Source of the DNA: a virus
Lineage: Duplodnaviria > Caudoviricetes
Direction: 5' to 3' (one strand)
Virus record (IMG/VR): IMGVR_UViG_3300022871_000021
Span: 1 to 56,027 of that record
DNA length: 56,027 bases
The stretch's first letter is position 1. Each line of letters begins with the position of its first letter. Positions 28,584 through 38,144 of this stretch are shown one piece after another. The translations under genes were made by a program, and so were the position numbers. The notes under the pieces are model-generated. The model did not search any database and was not told where the DNA came from. It saw only the letters and a program-made list of their open reading frames with translations.

Positions 28584-28612
28584 TTGACAAATATAATATA
28601 TTATGATATATT
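28584..28612 (+). promoter_or_regulatory. Sigma70-type promoter of the replication region
   Basis: TTGACA-N17-TATATT with TG extension. Confidence 0.75.
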
Positions 28613-28633
28613 TGGTTTACAAAGGAGGTTGAT

Positions 28634-28804
28634 ATGGCAAATACAACTATTTATTTTCCAGATGATAGTAAAACGAAAGAACTTTTGAAGAGGGTTGAGA
28701 TTTACAGAGCAACGCACGAAAAACTATTGAGTCACAAGCCTTCATTTTCGGAATGCGTCATTAGGGGATTAAAAAAATTAGTAGAAGTCGATAAAAATAA
28801 ATGA
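28634..28804 (+). CDS. 56-aa ribbon-helix-helix-like regulator, absent from ORF track
   Basis: SD AAGGAGG; MANTTIYFPDD strand then helices ending SFSECVIRGLKKLV; first gene after the promoter. Confidence 0.55.
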   Translation: MANTTIYFPDDSKTKELLKRVEIYRATHEKLLSHKPSFSECVIRGLKKLVEVDKNK

Positions 28805-28840
28805 TGACCTTCGGGTCGGGAAAATTCGGAGAAATAGCCG

Positions 28841-31480
28841 ATGTTACTATTACGAGCTCCAGATAGCTCCCATGTTGGATATTTTGAAGCGGTTGTTCAC
28901 GGAGACAATTTTTCGTCATATGTTGATGCCCTTAAAAATACTCCCACTAGAGTCTGGGAATCTAAAGCTAAAGTTTGGCGTATATCAATTTGCGATTATA
29001 ATATTTTAATAAAAAATTGCAAGGATAAAGGCCTAAATAGCATAGATGTAGATAATAAGTTAAAAGGTATATTAGCATCTTATAGAGCTTGGGAATATAA
29101 TACTAAAGCATTGATAGCTGAAGATGATGTAGAGTTATGCGTTGACGCTTCTATCCTAAAAATTCCAATGATGCCCCACCAAAGAGTTGCTCTTAAATTC
29201 TTTCTCGAAAGAAAAACAGCTATAAACGCAAGCGAAATGGGATGCCTATCTGGAGACACAGAATATCTTTCCCCGACAGGGTGGAAAAAAATATCTCGAT
29301 ATCATGGTGGTAAAGTTTGCCAGACAACAAAAGAAGGAATTGCGTCTTTTACTCTCCCGAAAGCATACATCAAAAGACCTTGCAAGGAAATGTTTCGGTT
29401 TCATCATACCAGAGGTCTCGACCAAATGTTAAGTCCCGAGCACCGAGTTTTAACTTTTTCAGAAAATGACATAGGAACGGTTATCTCAGCCGAAAATTTG
29501 GCTCGTAGACATGACGAAAACGAAAGTGGATGCAAGGCAAGATTTTTAGGTGCTGTTTCGCTTGAAAGGAAAACGACGATAAAATTATCGGAAGCTCAGC
29601 TAAGGCTCCAAGTTGCCTGTATGGCAGACGGGAGTTTTCCCTATCCGAGAAGATGTAGGGTGCGATTAAAGAAGCAAAGGAAAATTATTAGAATTAAAAG
29701 ATTGTTGGAAGATGCGAAGATTGAATACCATTTTAGACTCGATACTGATGGCCTAAGTAGTTTTGAGTTTACTCCACCGATAAGCACGAAGATTTTCACT
29801 AAAGGGTTCTGGAAAGCCTCGCTAGCCCAACGACAGATTATTTGCGATGAAGTTCGTTATTGGGATGCTACTATCAGAAAGGCAGGAGCCGTTACCTTCT
29901 GCGCCCAAAACAAACAAGATGCAGATTTTATTCAATACTGTTTTATTTCTACCGGCAGACGTGCAAGAGTAACGGTTTCAAAAGATAGAGGATATTTTTC
30001 GACAGGATATATTGTCCATGCAGTAGGCAACGGAAGAAGCGGAAACTATATTCATATCGGAACGGCAAAGAAAAATATCTCAATTCAAAAGTCACCTGAT
30101 GGGTTTAAATATTGTTTTGAAGTTTCTGATACTTTTTTACTCGTTCGAAGAAATGGATGCGTGTTCGTAACGGGTAACACAGGCAAAACTTTTCCCGCCT
30201 TGGTGGCTGCTAAACATCTTTACGATACTGGTCAGATAAAATCTTGCTTGGTAGTTTGCATAGCGTCTGTAAAGTGGAATTGGGCTAGGGAGGTCGAGAA
30301 ATGTTTAAACGGAGCTACTTATAAAGTGATTGAAGGCCCTCAAGAGAAAAGAATTGAAGGCTATATGTCAAAAGCTCATTTTAAAATAGTAAATTATGAA
30401 ATATTAAGAAATGATATTGACCCTATACTTTATGACACTACTTTTGATTGTATCATAGTTGATGAAATTCATAGAATAAGGACCTATAAAGCTAAGCAAA
30501 CGAGGGCCCTTTACACCCTTGGGAAAACAGCTACTTATAAATATGGTTTGACTGGAACTCCTATTCAAAATAAATTAAATGATTTATTTTCAATAATGAG
30601 ATTTGTTCATCCTAGTATTCTTGGAAATTGGTTTGCCTTTGATAGGCGATATGTAATAAAAGGATATTTTGGAGAGATAGCTGATTATAGAAGACTCGAT
30701 GAAGTTCATGATAAATTAAAAACAATAATGTTTAGAAGATTAAAATCAGAAGTATTGAAAGACCTACCCCCAAAAGTCTATAATGATATTTTAATAGACT
30801 TATCTCAGAAGCAAAGAAAATTTTATAATGATGTTAAGAACCAAATTCTTGAATCTAAATCGGAAGACGTGGAAGATAAGATAAATGCTCAAGCTAAATT
30901 TTTAGCTAATATTACATTTTTGCGAGAAGTTTGTGACTCTTGTGAATTGATTGACCCTTTAGTGAATGCATCCTCAAAGCTAAAAGAACTTAAGAAGATT
31001 GTTCCAGAGATATTGGAAAACGGCCATAAAATAGTCATCTTTTCCCAGTTTAAAAGAATGATTTATATAATAGAACGAGAATTGAAGTTGCCAGCTATAC
31101 TATTAACAGGAGACGTTTCTACTACTGGTGGAGCTAGGGATGAATTGATAGATGAATTTAAGGAGTCTAAAAAGAAAAATTTATTTTTGATGACTACTGC
31201 AGGAGGAGAAGGGATAAATTTACAATGTGCTGATTATGTAATATTTTTTGATTTACCTTTTAACCCACAAGTAATGGCTCAGGTCGAAGATAGACTACAC
31301 AGAAAAGGACAGAAGTCTACTGTTAACGTTATCAGATTACTGGCTAAAAATACTATCGAAGATAGGGTGTTAGATATTTTAAAATTTAAAACAAAACTCT
31401 TTAAAGCCGTAGTAGATGGAAAATCAGTTAATCCAGTAGTTTTGACTCAAAAGGAATTATTAAATGCTATTGAACTATAA
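28841..31480 (+). CDS. SNF2/SWI2-family helicase containing an intein
   Basis: PHQ, EMG[intein]TGKT, IVNYE, IVDEIH, LTGTPIQN, VIFSQF, GGEGINLQ and QVEDRLHRKGQ motifs. Confidence 0.93.
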   Translation: MLLLRAPDSSHVGYFEAVVHGDNFSSYVDALKNTPTRVWESKAKVWRISICDYNILIKNCKDKGLNSIDVDNKLKGILASYRAWEYNTKALIAEDDVELCVDASILKIPMMPHQRVALKFFLERKTAINASEMGCLSGDTEYLSPTGWKKISRYHGGKVCQTTKEGIASFTLPKAYIKRPCKEMFRFHHTRGLDQMLSPEHRVLTFSENDIGTVISAENLARRHDENESGCKARFLGAVSLERKTTIKLSEAQLRLQVACMADGSFPYPRRCRVRLKKQRKIIRIKRLLEDAKIEYHFRLDTDGLSSFEFTPPISTKIFTKGFWKASLAQRQIICDEVRYWDATIRKAGAVTFCAQNKQDADFIQYCFISTGRRARVTVSKDRGYFSTGYIVHAVGNGRSGNYIHIGTAKKNISIQKSPDGFKYCFEVSDTFLLVRRNGCVFVTGNTGKTFPALVAAKHLYDTGQIKSCLVVCIASVKWNWAREVEKCLNGATYKVIEGPQEKRIEGYMSKAHFKIVNYEILRNDIDPILYDTTFDCIIVDEIHRIRTYKAKQTRALYTLGKTATYKYGLTGTPIQNKLNDLFSIMRFVHPSILGNWFAFDRRYVIKGYFGEIADYRRLDEVHDKLKTIMFRRLKSEVLKDLPPKVYNDILIDLSQKQRKFYNDVKNQILESKSEDVEDKINAQAKFLANITFLREVCDSCELIDPLVNASSKLKELKKIVPEILENGHKIVIFSQFKRMIYIIERELKLPAILLTGDVSTTGGARDELIDEFKESKKKNLFLMTTAGGEGINLQCADYVIFFDLPFNPQVMAQVEDRLHRKGQKSTVNVIRLLAKNTIEDRVLDILKFKTKLFKAVVDGKSVNPVVLTQKELLNAIEL
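29243..30178 (+). mobile_element. Intein (312 aa) in Walker A of the SNF2 helicase, with LAGLIDADG-like core
   Basis: Starts CLSGDTE; block B SPEHRV; ACMADG; ends YCFEV...FVTGN followed by Thr; removal restores EMGTGKT. Confidence 0.92.
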
Positions 31481-31481
31481 T

Positions 31482-31620
31482 CAATCTCCCGAAGTGAATA
31501 CTTCGGGGTATTCGCTGAAAGCGAAGGGTTGTGTATATATTACCTACGAAGTAGGTAATAGATAATTTATATACTATATGTTTATACACTATATGTTTAT
31601 TATAGGGGAACATATAAGAC
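31482..31620. promoter_or_regulatory. Candidate replication origin or structured element
   Basis: Three perfect hairpins with GAA(T) loops, then 13-mer ACTATATGTTTAT twice; directly upstream of the loader-helicase-primase genes. Confidence 0.45.
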
Positions 31621-31641
31621 AGGGAAACAGGAGATTATTTA

Positions 31642-32100
31642 ATGGCTGAATATAAAGTTAAAAAAGGAGTTACTAGCTTTAAAAAAATTCCTGTGGAGGA
31701 TTGGTCAACAGACCAGATGTGCTCATATTTCCGTGATGAGTTTAAATCTAAATATGGGATAGATACAAGACGCCCCATTGGACAGATTAAAATTCATATA
31801 AACAAAAGAACAATATCTAATCTATTCAGGTTAGAGGGTCGTTCAATAGACATCCATCCTAATGAACTATTTAAACAATTTATAATTTGGTTAGTAGATA
31901 AAAAGCAAGTTCATAATTTTAGAGTATGGCTTTTTTCTAAACAAGACGTAATGGTAGATTATTTAGACGAAAGGGCTAAGAGATTAATGGACAAGAATCT
32001 TGGTTCGGTTGAAGACTTCAAGAAGCAGGAAGAGAAAAAAGTTAAAGATGCTTTAGAATATTTCAAGGGAGGTGGAAGTGCAAAATCCAGACCTAAATGA
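31642..32100 (+). CDS. Hypothetical protein, possible replication initiator or loader partner
   Basis: Directly upstream of the DnaC-like gene; EDWS....YF...F..KYG pattern. Confidence 0.45.
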   Translation: MAEYKVKKGVTSFKKIPVEDWSTDQMCSYFRDEFKSKYGIDTRRPIGQIKIHINKRTISNLFRLEGRSIDIHPNELFKQFIIWLVDKKQVHNFRVWLFSKQDVMVDYLDERAKRLMDKNLGSVEDFKKQEEKKVKDALEYFKGGGSAKSRPK

Positions 32101-32806
32101 TAATGTTAGAGGAATAGTTACTCCGACGGATGTAGAGATAGAAGAATTAAATATTTTGAAGGAAGAAATAAAAAAGAGGGGTGGGCCTAGAAAAGAATTT
32201 GATTTAAAGTCTAAGTATTTATTAGCCTCACTACCTTATAGTTATTGGGATATAGGTTGGGATGAGTTTGAGGGGAGCAAAGATGCGAGAGATTTTGTTA
32301 AACTTTACTGTGATAATTTGGGGAACGCTTTGAAAGAAGGGCAAGGAGTAATACTTTCGGGTTTACATGGGACGGGCAAGACGACGTTATCTTGTTTGAT
32401 AGGCAAGGCAGCTATAGAGAAAGGCTTTTCAGTTAGATATATTTCTATAGCTAAAATTCTTGATTTGATTATGGAGGGTTTTGATTCTAAGGCGGCAAAA
32501 GAACGATTAAATATTATGATAGAAAGGGTAGAGGTTTTAATACTAGACGATTTGGGAAAAGAATATAAGGGAGTCCGAGGACAGTTAAATCCTATGATGT
32601 CGTTAAAGTTGGATTCTATGTTGAGGGAAAGAATAAATCGGAATTTAATTACGATAGGGACGACTAATTACGGGAAGAACGCTATAAAAGAGAAATACGG
32701 AGATTCGGTAATGTCGGTTTTATATGGTTGTTGTAAAACCTTTGAGGTGGTGGGTCAGGATTATAGAACAATAAGAGGATTAAACTTTTGGGAGAACTTA
32801 AAATGA
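32072..32806 (+). CDS. DnaC/IstB-like AAA+ helicase loader
   Basis: Walker A GLHGTGKT, Walker B LILDDLGKE, R.....TIGTTN, G.DYR. Confidence 0.88.
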   Translation: MEVQNPDLNDNVRGIVTPTDVEIEELNILKEEIKKRGGPRKEFDLKSKYLLASLPYSYWDIGWDEFEGSKDARDFVKLYCDNLGNALKEGQGVILSGLHGTGKTTLSCLIGKAAIEKGFSVRYISIAKILDLIMEGFDSKAAKERLNIMIERVEVLILDDLGKEYKGVRGQLNPMMSLKLDSMLRERINRNLITIGTTNYGKNAIKEKYGDSVMSVLYGCCKTFEVVGQDYRTIRGLNFWENLK

Positions 32807-34116
32807 TAACAGATGTTATTAAATTTGAAAGAGCAATAATTAAAGGTCTTTTACTTGGACATCATTCTAGAAAATTGATGACTAGATTAAATGTAGATTA
32901 TTTTGAGACTCTTCAGCTAAGAACTATCTTTCAGGTTATCATAGAATATTATAAAGAATATAGCGAAATCCCACAGGTAGATATATTGGTTAATGAGTTA
33001 AAGAAATCCAAGATTGAGGACGCTGAGTTCAAGAATATGGAAGCATTTTTGACTAAAGGGGAAAATCTTACAAGCGATAGATTTAGGTATGCCGTTCAGG
33101 AAGTAGAAAAGGAATATATATCTCGTAAACTAAGGACTTCGATGAAACAAGCTATAGGATTCCTCAACAAAGGAGAACCCAAAAAAGCGCAAGATATATT
33201 GCTAAAGGAAACGATACAGCTTTCAAGCTTTGGGAGAGAAATAAGGATAGTAGATTTTGTTTCTGATTTCGAGAAGAGAAGAGCTCATTTAGTGGACCGT
33301 AAAGCTAACCCAGATATACTTAAAGAACTTTGCATTCCTACTGGTATTGACAGATTAGATTACGAGCTCGACGGTGGACTAAGAAAAGGGGAATTGGGTT
33401 TGATACTTGGACAGCCCGAAGGAGGTAAGTCTATAACTTTACAGGATATGAGCGTATCAGCCGTTATGTCTGGGTTTAAGGTGGCCCTAGTGACTATAGA
33501 AATGACTCCCGAGCAAACGGCTTATAGATTGGATTCAAGATTATCTCAAATTAAATATAGAAAGTTTAGAAAGGCTCAGTTGACGGACGAAGATTTAGTT
33601 AAGTGGGAGCTTGACATTAAAGCGTTAAAGGAAAATTCTCTTAAAATAATAGGAGTTCCCGAGGGTTGTTCCTGTAGATTGATAGAGTCAGAATTACATA
33701 GATTGGCTGGCATATTTCAACCAGATTTAGTCGTGGTCGATTATGCTGGAATAATGAGTCCGAACGAGGGAGCTTTCGGCTCGAGCATGGACTGGAAATA
33801 TATTGGAGCGATAATAAGAAATTTAAAAGGTTTATCTCTTAAAATGAATATTCCAGTTTGGTCAGCGTGCCAGATATTAGTTGGGGCTAAAGAAAAGGCC
33901 GAGGTAGGATTTGTTGATGTTGGGTTGGCTAGACAACAGATAGCAGCTCACGCAGATATTTGTGTAGCTATAATCCAGACGAGTCAAATGTTGGCTATGG
34001 ATTTAACGAAATTACAATTAGTTAAGGTTCGAGAAGGTTGCGAGTCGAGGTTTATAGAGTTTACGAATGATTATGATAGGATAAAATTGGTGAGAGAAAT
34101 ACCTACAGGGTCTTAA
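32803..34116 (+). CDS. dnaB: Replicative DNA helicase DnaB-like
   Basis: IPTGI..LD..LDGGL.KGEL, GQPEGGKS, TIEM, VVVDY, IPVWSACQ, KVREG. Confidence 0.92.
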   Translation: MITDVIKFERAIIKGLLLGHHSRKLMTRLNVDYFETLQLRTIFQVIIEYYKEYSEIPQVDILVNELKKSKIEDAEFKNMEAFLTKGENLTSDRFRYAVQEVEKEYISRKLRTSMKQAIGFLNKGEPKKAQDILLKETIQLSSFGREIRIVDFVSDFEKRRAHLVDRKANPDILKELCIPTGIDRLDYELDGGLRKGELGLILGQPEGGKSITLQDMSVSAVMSGFKVALVTIEMTPEQTAYRLDSRLSQIKYRKFRKAQLTDEDLVKWELDIKALKENSLKIIGVPEGCSCRLIESELHRLAGIFQPDLVVVDYAGIMSPNEGAFGSSMDWKYIGAIIRNLKGLSLKMNIPVWSACQILVGAKEKAEVGFVDVGLARQQIAAHADICVAIIQTSQMLAMDLTKLQLVKVREGCESRFIEFTNDYDRIKLVREIPTGS

Positions 34117-34161
34117 TATGTTAGAAGAATTAAGGTTTAAATATAACGTCGGGATAATTTT

Positions 34162-35127
34162 ATGAAACATGAAGATATAATAATTAAAATAAGCATTCTT
34201 GCTTTGTTAGATTTTTTGAGTATAGAGGGCAAGATTCAGGGCAAAGAATTTCTCGCATCTTGTCCGTTTCCAGAACACTCCGATAAGTCTCCTTCGTTTA
34301 GCATAGCTATTGATGGGGAGAAGAAGGGCTGTTGGCATTGTTTTGGTTGTGGAGCGAAAGGGAATATAATTCATTTAGTTCAAAGATGTTTGAATTTAGA
34401 CAGGAGCAATGCTGTAAGACAGATTGCTAATTGGTTTGGGTTTCCTGAATCAGTTAGTTCTCCTTCTACTCAGGAAATAGCTAAATTGTTAGAGAAAGAA
34501 AAGGAAGAAGATGTAGAGACGGATTTAATAAGAATACCGTTACCCAAATATATTGAAGATAAAGAGGAACTTTTAAAATATTTAATGACCAAACGAAAAT
34601 ATACAGAAAAGCAGTCGTGGTCTATTATAAATTATTATAATCTTTGTTGGACGAATCAGGGTTATTATAAAGATAGAATTATAATTCCTATATACGATTC
34701 TATTGGGTCTTTGGTTACTTTCGAAGCTTCCGATTTAACTGGTCATAGCGACAAGAAGAAGTTATACCCGAAGGGAAGTCCTATGTCTAGGCTATTGTTT
34801 AATAATCATAATGTAAATAGTGGTTATACTTGGATGGTTGAGGGTATATGGGATGCTATCAGAATATGGAGCTTTGGCGAGCCTGCTATAGCTACATTTG
34901 GAGCTCATTTATCAAGCTATCAGGCTCAGATGATTATACAGAAATATTCTGATGTTATGATATTATATGATGGGGACGAAGCGGGAAGAGTAGCTCGGGA
35001 TAAGGTTTCAGCCGTGTTGAGCCCTTATTTAAACATAGTAGAGGGAGATTTGAGATTTGGCGACCCTGCCGACTTGACTAAAGAGGAGTTTAGAGAGCTT
35101 ATTACATTTCTAAATATTCATAAATAG
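34162..35127 (+). CDS. dnaG: DNA primase (CHC2 zinc finger + TOPRIM)
   Basis: CPFPEH.DKSPSF...HCFGC; RIIIPI; VEGIWD; YDGDEAG; DPAD. Confidence 0.93.
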   Translation: MKHEDIIIKISILALLDFLSIEGKIQGKEFLASCPFPEHSDKSPSFSIAIDGEKKGCWHCFGCGAKGNIIHLVQRCLNLDRSNAVRQIANWFGFPESVSSPSTQEIAKLLEKEKEEDVETDLIRIPLPKYIEDKEELLKYLMTKRKYTEKQSWSIINYYNLCWTNQGYYKDRIIIPIYDSIGSLVTFEASDLTGHSDKKKLYPKGSPMSRLLFNNHNVNSGYTWMVEGIWDAIRIWSFGEPAIATFGAHLSSYQAQMIIQKYSDVMILYDGDEAGRVARDKVSAVLSPYLNIVEGDLRFGDPADLTKEEFRELITFLNIHK

Positions 35128-35178
35128 TTTAAGATATTTGGTTCTTTCTGGCTATAACATAATAAGGAGGGACACAAC

Positions 35179-35367
35179 ATGGGAGGAATGATAGGGGAGA
35201 GAGAAATAAGAAGTAATAGGGCTAGGATGAAAGTGGTAAAGAGGGTTTCGGAGATATTGAAAGATAAGAGTCTAATCGTATATAAAAGATTCTTGATGAA
35301 AATGGCAAATCAATATAAACCGATAATGAACACAGGGGTAGTATTAACGGAATTTACAAATAAATAG
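35179..35367 (+). CDS. Hypothetical protein
   Basis: Class B motif and SD TAAGGAGG upstream. Confidence 0.45.
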   Translation: MGGMIGEREIRSNRARMKVVKRVSEILKDKSLIVYKRFLMKMANQYKPIMNTGVVLTEFTNK

Positions 35368-35429
35368 GATGACTCTACCATAGGAGCAAGACCCTATGGT
35401 AGACTCCTTCTTCAAAGAGGAGAAGATAA

Positions 35430-35693
35430 ATGTCTAGAGCAAAGCCGAAATCGTCAAAAACGACGAAAGAGCAGGATAATCAAAGGATTAGAGATTTAGA
35501 GGCTCGGAAGGAAAGAGATAGACTTTTGAATTATCAGTATTCTCCTTGCGTTTATTGTGGCGAGGCAGCGAGATGGCGTTGGCCTACTGGCAAAGAAGCT
35601 GAGAAAGAGAAGTACGAGCCAAAACATTGTGGTAAGGAAGATTGTCAGAAGAAGTTTATGGATGCGATGATGGACAAAAAGAGGTCGAAATGA
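35430..35693 (+). CDS. Small zinc-finger protein
   Basis: CVYC...HC...C. Confidence 0.5.
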   Translation: MSRAKPKSSKTTKEQDNQRIRDLEARKERDRLLNYQYSPCVYCGEAARWRWPTGKEAEKEKYEPKHCGKEDCQKKFMDAMMDKKRSK

Positions 35694-35887
35694 TAAAAAG
35701 ATTTAAGAGATATATTAGGACGAAAAGGCTGAAAAATCAACTTACTATGCTCTTGTCTTTGGATTCATATTTAAAGAATCAAGGAATCTCTAGACAGTTA
35801 AGGAGACTTTTTTGGAGGAAGATGGCTTCAGAGGAAAATCGAACTTCTACTATAATGCAGTTGTTAGGAGAGGTAGAAAAATTGTGA
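35690..35887 (+). CDS. Small basic hypothetical protein
   Basis: ATGA-coupled start at 35690; SD GAGG. Confidence 0.45.
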   Translation: MIKRFKRYIRTKRLKNQLTMLLSLDSYLKNQGISRQLRRLFWRKMASEENRTSTIMQLLGEVEKL

Positions 35888-36402
35888 CAGATACGACTCG
35901 TGAATGTTTAATTGAGTTTTTAAACGAATTTCAGAACGAGATTAAAGAGCCTATAGCTGATTATGGAGGGAATGAAAGGCAGGATTTTAAATTTGTTAAA
36001 AAGACTCTTGCTTCTGGAGGGATAGTCGATTGTTCTCCTCTTGATTATTCGACTGGAGTAGATTTATTAAAGCCGATAAAGGGCCGTAAATATAACACGG
36101 GAATATGTATGGATTTATTAGAGCACGTTTCCAATCCTTTTATTGTTGGGGAAAATATTACTAATTCTTTAAGAAAAGGAGCATTACTATTTGTTACAGC
36201 TCCGTTTGTTTGGGGCACACACAATTGTCCGAATGATTACTTCAGATTTACTGCTGAAGGCTTGAAGGTTATATTTCCTAAGCTCGAATGGTTACGGATA
36301 GATATTCGGGTGGATGATTGTTGGAAGAATCTTAAAAAGTTTAGAAAAGATGATAAGATTGTAAAGTTTTTTAGGGTTGTAGGAGTCTTTAAAAAGATAT
36401 GA
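35884..36402 (+). CDS. Class I SAM-dependent methyltransferase-like protein of glycan-cluster type
   Basis: IADYGG, DLLEHVSNP, L.KGALLFVTAPF...H..P.DYFRFT.EGL; likely GTG start at 35884. Confidence 0.8.
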   Translation: MTDTTRECLIEFLNEFQNEIKEPIADYGGNERQDFKFVKKTLASGGIVDCSPLDYSTGVDLLKPIKGRKYNTGICMDLLEHVSNPFIVGENITNSLRKGALLFVTAPFVWGTHNCPNDYFRFTAEGLKVIFPKLEWLRIDIRVDDCWKNLKKFRKDDKIVKFFRVVGVFKKI

Positions 36403-37007
36403 ATAAAATAATAGTTTATACATCGATATATGGAGATAAGGATAATTTGATAGTCCCTAAATTAGAGGGATGTGATTTTGCATTTTTTACTGGCGATGGT
36501 GGGATAATGAACGCTAAGAAATTCAAGATACTACCTCATAGATATTTTGGAGAATATAAATATAGTATGTGGGTAGATGGAAATATTAAAGTTTTTGGGG
36601 ATATTAAATCTTTAGTCCAAAGGTATATGAAAAATTATGATATTGTAGCTCTAGCCCATCCTTTAGAAAGTCTTGGAATTAAGGTTTTAATTTTTGATGA
36701 ATTTAAGGTATGTATAGACCAGAAATTTGGAAATGTTTTGGATGTGAAAAGGCAGATGTTAGATTATAAAAATGATAATTGTTCTGATATTCCCGTTTTG
36801 GCTGGTGGAGTAATAATAAGAAAGCATAATGTAGAATCTATAAAAAATTTTGGTGAGCGATGGTGGGAAGAGATTAAAAAATATAGCATTCGTGACCAAT
36901 TAAGTTTTTCGTATCTTATCTGGAAATTAGGGCTTAGATGCGGTAAATTGGATAACGTTGGGCTAGAGGCTAACTGGTTTAAATATTATAATCATAAAAA
37001 TGAATAA
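36399..37007 (+). CDS. DUF616 (TOD1/MUCI70-like) glycosyltransferase-like protein 1
   Basis: VYTSIYG.KD, KILPHRYF..Y.YS.WVDGN, H, IIRKHN, WW.EI...S.RDQLSF.Y. Confidence 0.85.
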   Translation: MNKIIVYTSIYGDKDNLIVPKLEGCDFAFFTGDGGIMNAKKFKILPHRYFGEYKYSMWVDGNIKVFGDIKSLVQRYMKNYDIVALAHPLESLGIKVLIFDEFKVCIDQKFGNVLDVKRQMLDYKNDNCSDIPVLAGGVIIRKHNVESIKNFGERWWEEIKKYSIRDQLSFSYLIWKLGLRCGKLDNVGLEANWFKYYNHKNE

Positions 37008-37620
37008 ATCAATTCTTTACACAGCAGTATTTGGCGACGATATAAATGTTTTAGACAAAAGCAAGGAGAATATTTCCGATGGTTGTGATTTTGCTTCTTT
37101 CACGTCTTTGAAGGAGGATAGGTTTACGGCTAGAAAGATGAAGTTATTACCTCATAGATATTTTAATTCTTATAAATATAGTATTTGGACGGATGGCAAT
37201 ATACAAATAACGCAAGATATTGTTCCTATCGTTGAAAGATATATGGAAAAGGGAAAGATAGTTGTTTTAACTTATCCAGATGAACCTCATAATCATTATC
37301 GAGAGGGCGAAATCTGTGTTGAATTTGGTAAAGATATAAAAGAGAATGTAAACCCTCAATTAGAGAGATATAGGCGGGAGGGTTGTCCGCCACTGTCTAC
37401 TGTTTGGACTGGAATAATCATTAGAAGGCACAATGACCCAGAGGTTATTAAATTTGATGAGTTGTGGTGGAATGAAGTCTGCATTGGAAGCGTAAGGGAC
37501 CAGATTAGTTTTCCTTATGTTGCTTGGAAACTTGGAGTCGAATATGTTACGGTAAAGAATGAAGGATGGGATGGGGAATGGTTTAAATATTTTAATCATT
37601 TTATAAAAGAGGAGGAGTAG
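37000..37620 (+). CDS. DUF616 (TOD1/MUCI70-like) glycosyltransferase-like protein 2
   Basis: LYTAVFGD, KLLPHRYF..Y.YS.WTDGN, IIRRHN, WW.EV...S.RDQISFPY; tandem paralogue of the previous gene. Confidence 0.85.
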   Translation: MNKSILYTAVFGDDINVLDKSKENISDGCDFASFTSLKEDRFTARKMKLLPHRYFNSYKYSIWTDGNIQITQDIVPIVERYMEKGKIVVLTYPDEPHNHYREGEICVEFGKDIKENVNPQLERYRREGCPPLSTVWTGIIIRRHNDPEVIKFDELWWNEVCIGSVRDQISFPYVAWKLGVEYVTVKNEGWDGEWFKYFNHFIKEEE

Positions 37621-37884
37621 ATGGCTAAAAAATGTAAATGTCCTGTAAAGAAAAAGCTTATGGGTTTAAAAAAAGGAATGATTTTAGACGGTAAGGTGAT
37701 AGACAAAATATCTAGCTGGAAACTTTATTATGATATGGAGGTTGAAAAGGTTTGCGGGCATTATGACCCTGCCCAAAAGGTTAATAAGGTTTTAATGGCA
37801 GCTTTAGATGAACTGATGCCTGCCTATATAAACAAGCCGCAATGGGTTGAGGAACGAAAGGCGATGTTGATAGTTTTTAAATGA
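37621..37884 (+). CDS. Hypothetical protein
   Basis: SD GAGGAG; coupled to neighbours. Confidence 0.45.
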   Translation: MAKKCKCPVKKKLMGLKKGMILDGKVIDKISSWKLYYDMEVEKVCGHYDPAQKVNKVLMAALDELMPAYINKPQWVEERKAMLIVFK

Positions 37885-38117
37885 TAGGAGATAGAGTTAT
37901 GGAAATTTTTACCGATAAGGCTTTGACTTGTATTTCTTGTAGTCTAGATTTTATTTTCACTAAAGGTGAACAAGATTTTTTCTTCAAGAAGAATCTCGAT
38001 ATCCCGAAAAGATGTCCTGAGTGTAGAAAGAAAAAGGTGGTAAGAAATAAGAAGCGACAGAAGAAATTTTTAGCCGCTATTGCAGTAAGGGAGTATATAA
38101 ATATTGAAATAATATAA
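37881..38117 (+). CDS. zf-trcl-type zinc-ribbon protein
   Basis: DK.LTC..C...F.FT.GEQ.FF..K....PKRCPECR. Confidence 0.8.
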   Translation: MIGDRVMEIFTDKALTCISCSLDFIFTKGEQDFFFKKNLDIPKRCPECRKKKVVRNKKRQKKFLAAIAVREYINIEII

Positions 38118-38144
38118 TAATGATTTTAAGGAAAGGAGGTTGTT

